53,137 bases of DNA, taken from the IMG/VR virus record IMGVR_UViG_3300006226_000002. One strand, written 5' to 3'. Position numbers and translations under genes: made by a program. The stretch is from a virus. This document shows, piece after piece, positions 52,457-53,137 of the stretch (position 1 is the stretch's first letter; each line of letters begins with the position of its first letter). The notes below the pieces were generated by a model. It searched no databases. It was not told where the DNA came from and saw only the letters and a list, made by a program, of their open reading frames with translations.

Positions 52457-53137
52457 GTGGGGCTTTTAGGGAAAGTTTTAGAATTTGTATTAGCGGATCA
52501 AATCTCAGACGCCGTAGATATTCCTATTAAGGCTTTAGATAAAGCTACCAAGGTGCTAGAGTCAAAAAGTGAAAAAGGGAAGCAAAAACTTTTCGATATT
52601 CCACCAGGCACTGGTATTTTAGCTTTTAATGAACATAGATATATGTGGAACGAAACATATGATGTCTATGATGAAAACAGAGAGGTCAAGTACACAATAA
52701 AAGGCGAAATGACTTCTATTAAACGACATATGCATGTGTACGATTCATATGGAAATAAACTTGGAATGGTAAAGGAAAAACTAATCGCTTGGCGTCTCCC
52801 CCTTACTTTAGGAGCTAATCCAATCGATTTTGAAATCGAAGTAAATGGAAGATCACTCGGTAAAGTTAAATCGAGATGGGCTCTCGGTAAGCAGAAATAT
52901 GAAGTTAATTATAACGGTTGGCACATAGAGGGCGATCTTTTAGGAGCAAAATATAAAATACTTAACGGTTCGGAAGAAATAGCGCAAGTGTCGTTGAAGT
53001 TTTTCAATTGGGGAGGATATGTTGCGACTTATCCTAATCTACAAAATGAAATTCCGATATTAATGCTTGTACTAGCGATTGAAGCTGCAAATGCGCCAAA
53101 AAGATCTAAAAAAATGAGACACACCATTCATCGTAAA
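52457..53137 (+). CDS. LURP-one-related / YxjI-like (tubby/scramblase-fold) protein; continues to base 145 across the junction
   Basis: GTG follows GAGGGAGG. No in-frame stop before the window end. A repeated beta-strand-like pattern is followed by a hydrophobic C-terminal helix IPILMLVLAIEAA. Confidence 0.55.
   Translation, partial: MGLLGKVLEFVLADQISDAVDIPIKALDKATKVLESKSEKGKQKLFDIPPGTGILAFNEHRYMWNETYDVYDENREVKYTIKGEMTSIKRHMHVYDSYGNKLGMVKEKLIAWRLPLTLGANPIDFEIEVNGRSLGKVKSRWALGKQKYEVNYNGWHIEGDLLGAKYKILNGSEEIAQVSLKFFNWGGYVATYPNLQNEIPILMLVLAIEAANAPKRSKKMRHTIHRK
53011..53137. repeat. Terminal direct repeat, right copy, identical to 1-127
   Basis: Base-for-base identity with 1-127. Confidence 0.9.

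Larger units (their letters stand above)
1..53137 (+). mobile_element. Complete temperate tailed-phage genome (siphovirus-like), circularly closed; unique length 53,010 bp
   Basis: Identical 127-bp ends. Integrase, replication, packaging, head, long-tape-measure tail and lysis modules are all present. Every gene except the integrase is on the + strand. Confidence 0.85.

Noticed and set aside
1-53137. Possible stop-codon reassignment (TAG or TGA recoding), as seen in some gut phages.
   Set aside because: Very long ORFs (6.2, 4.0, 2.6, 1.9 and 1.7 kb) are intact under the standard bacterial code, and gene density is normal. Only the single Dit/hub junction is ambiguous, and that is reported separately.

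Overview
This window is a complete, circularly closed genome of a temperate, siphovirus-like tailed phage. Bases 1-127 are identical to 53011-53137, so the unique length is 53,010 bp. Ubiquitous GAAAGGAG ribosome-binding sites suggest a low-GC Gram-positive (Firmicutes-type) host. All genes are on the + strand except the integrase. Layout: (i) 50.7 kb wrapping to 14.6 kb holds lysogeny-proximal and early genes, mostly small ORFs, many with their own repeated promoter-like cassette and terminator. (ii) 14.6-24.2 kb is the replication and nucleic-acid module: an iteron-rich origin, a 1331-aa helicase/AEP-primase/family-B polymerase fusion, an SSB-like protein, an SF2 helicase, two PD-(D/E)xK nucleases and an 880-aa protein carrying beta-like and beta'-like double-psi beta-barrel motifs including DFDGD. 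(iii) 24.6-35.4 kb is packaging, head and tail shaft: a structured GC-rich non-coding region, an HNH endonuclease, large terminase, portal, a protease-capsid fusion, major tail protein, chaperones and an amidase. (iv) 35.4-45.7 kb holds a 2082-aa tape measure, Dit, a Gp37-like hub and fibres. (v) 44.8-48.1 kb is a diversity-generating retroelement (DGR: target-avd-TR-RT). (vi) 48.2-50.6 kb holds holins, a putative attP and the integrase. Most noteworthy: the DGR has two variable repeats whose differences from the template repeat are all at template adenines. One is in the terminal tail-fibre gene. The other is 40 kb away in an early-region gene with no secretion signal. Also notable are a YonO/QDE-1-like single-chain two-barrel RNA polymerase fused to HTH modules, the all-in-one replicase, and several families of conserved non-coding elements. 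All calls come from reading the sequence and motif recall; no database search was run.
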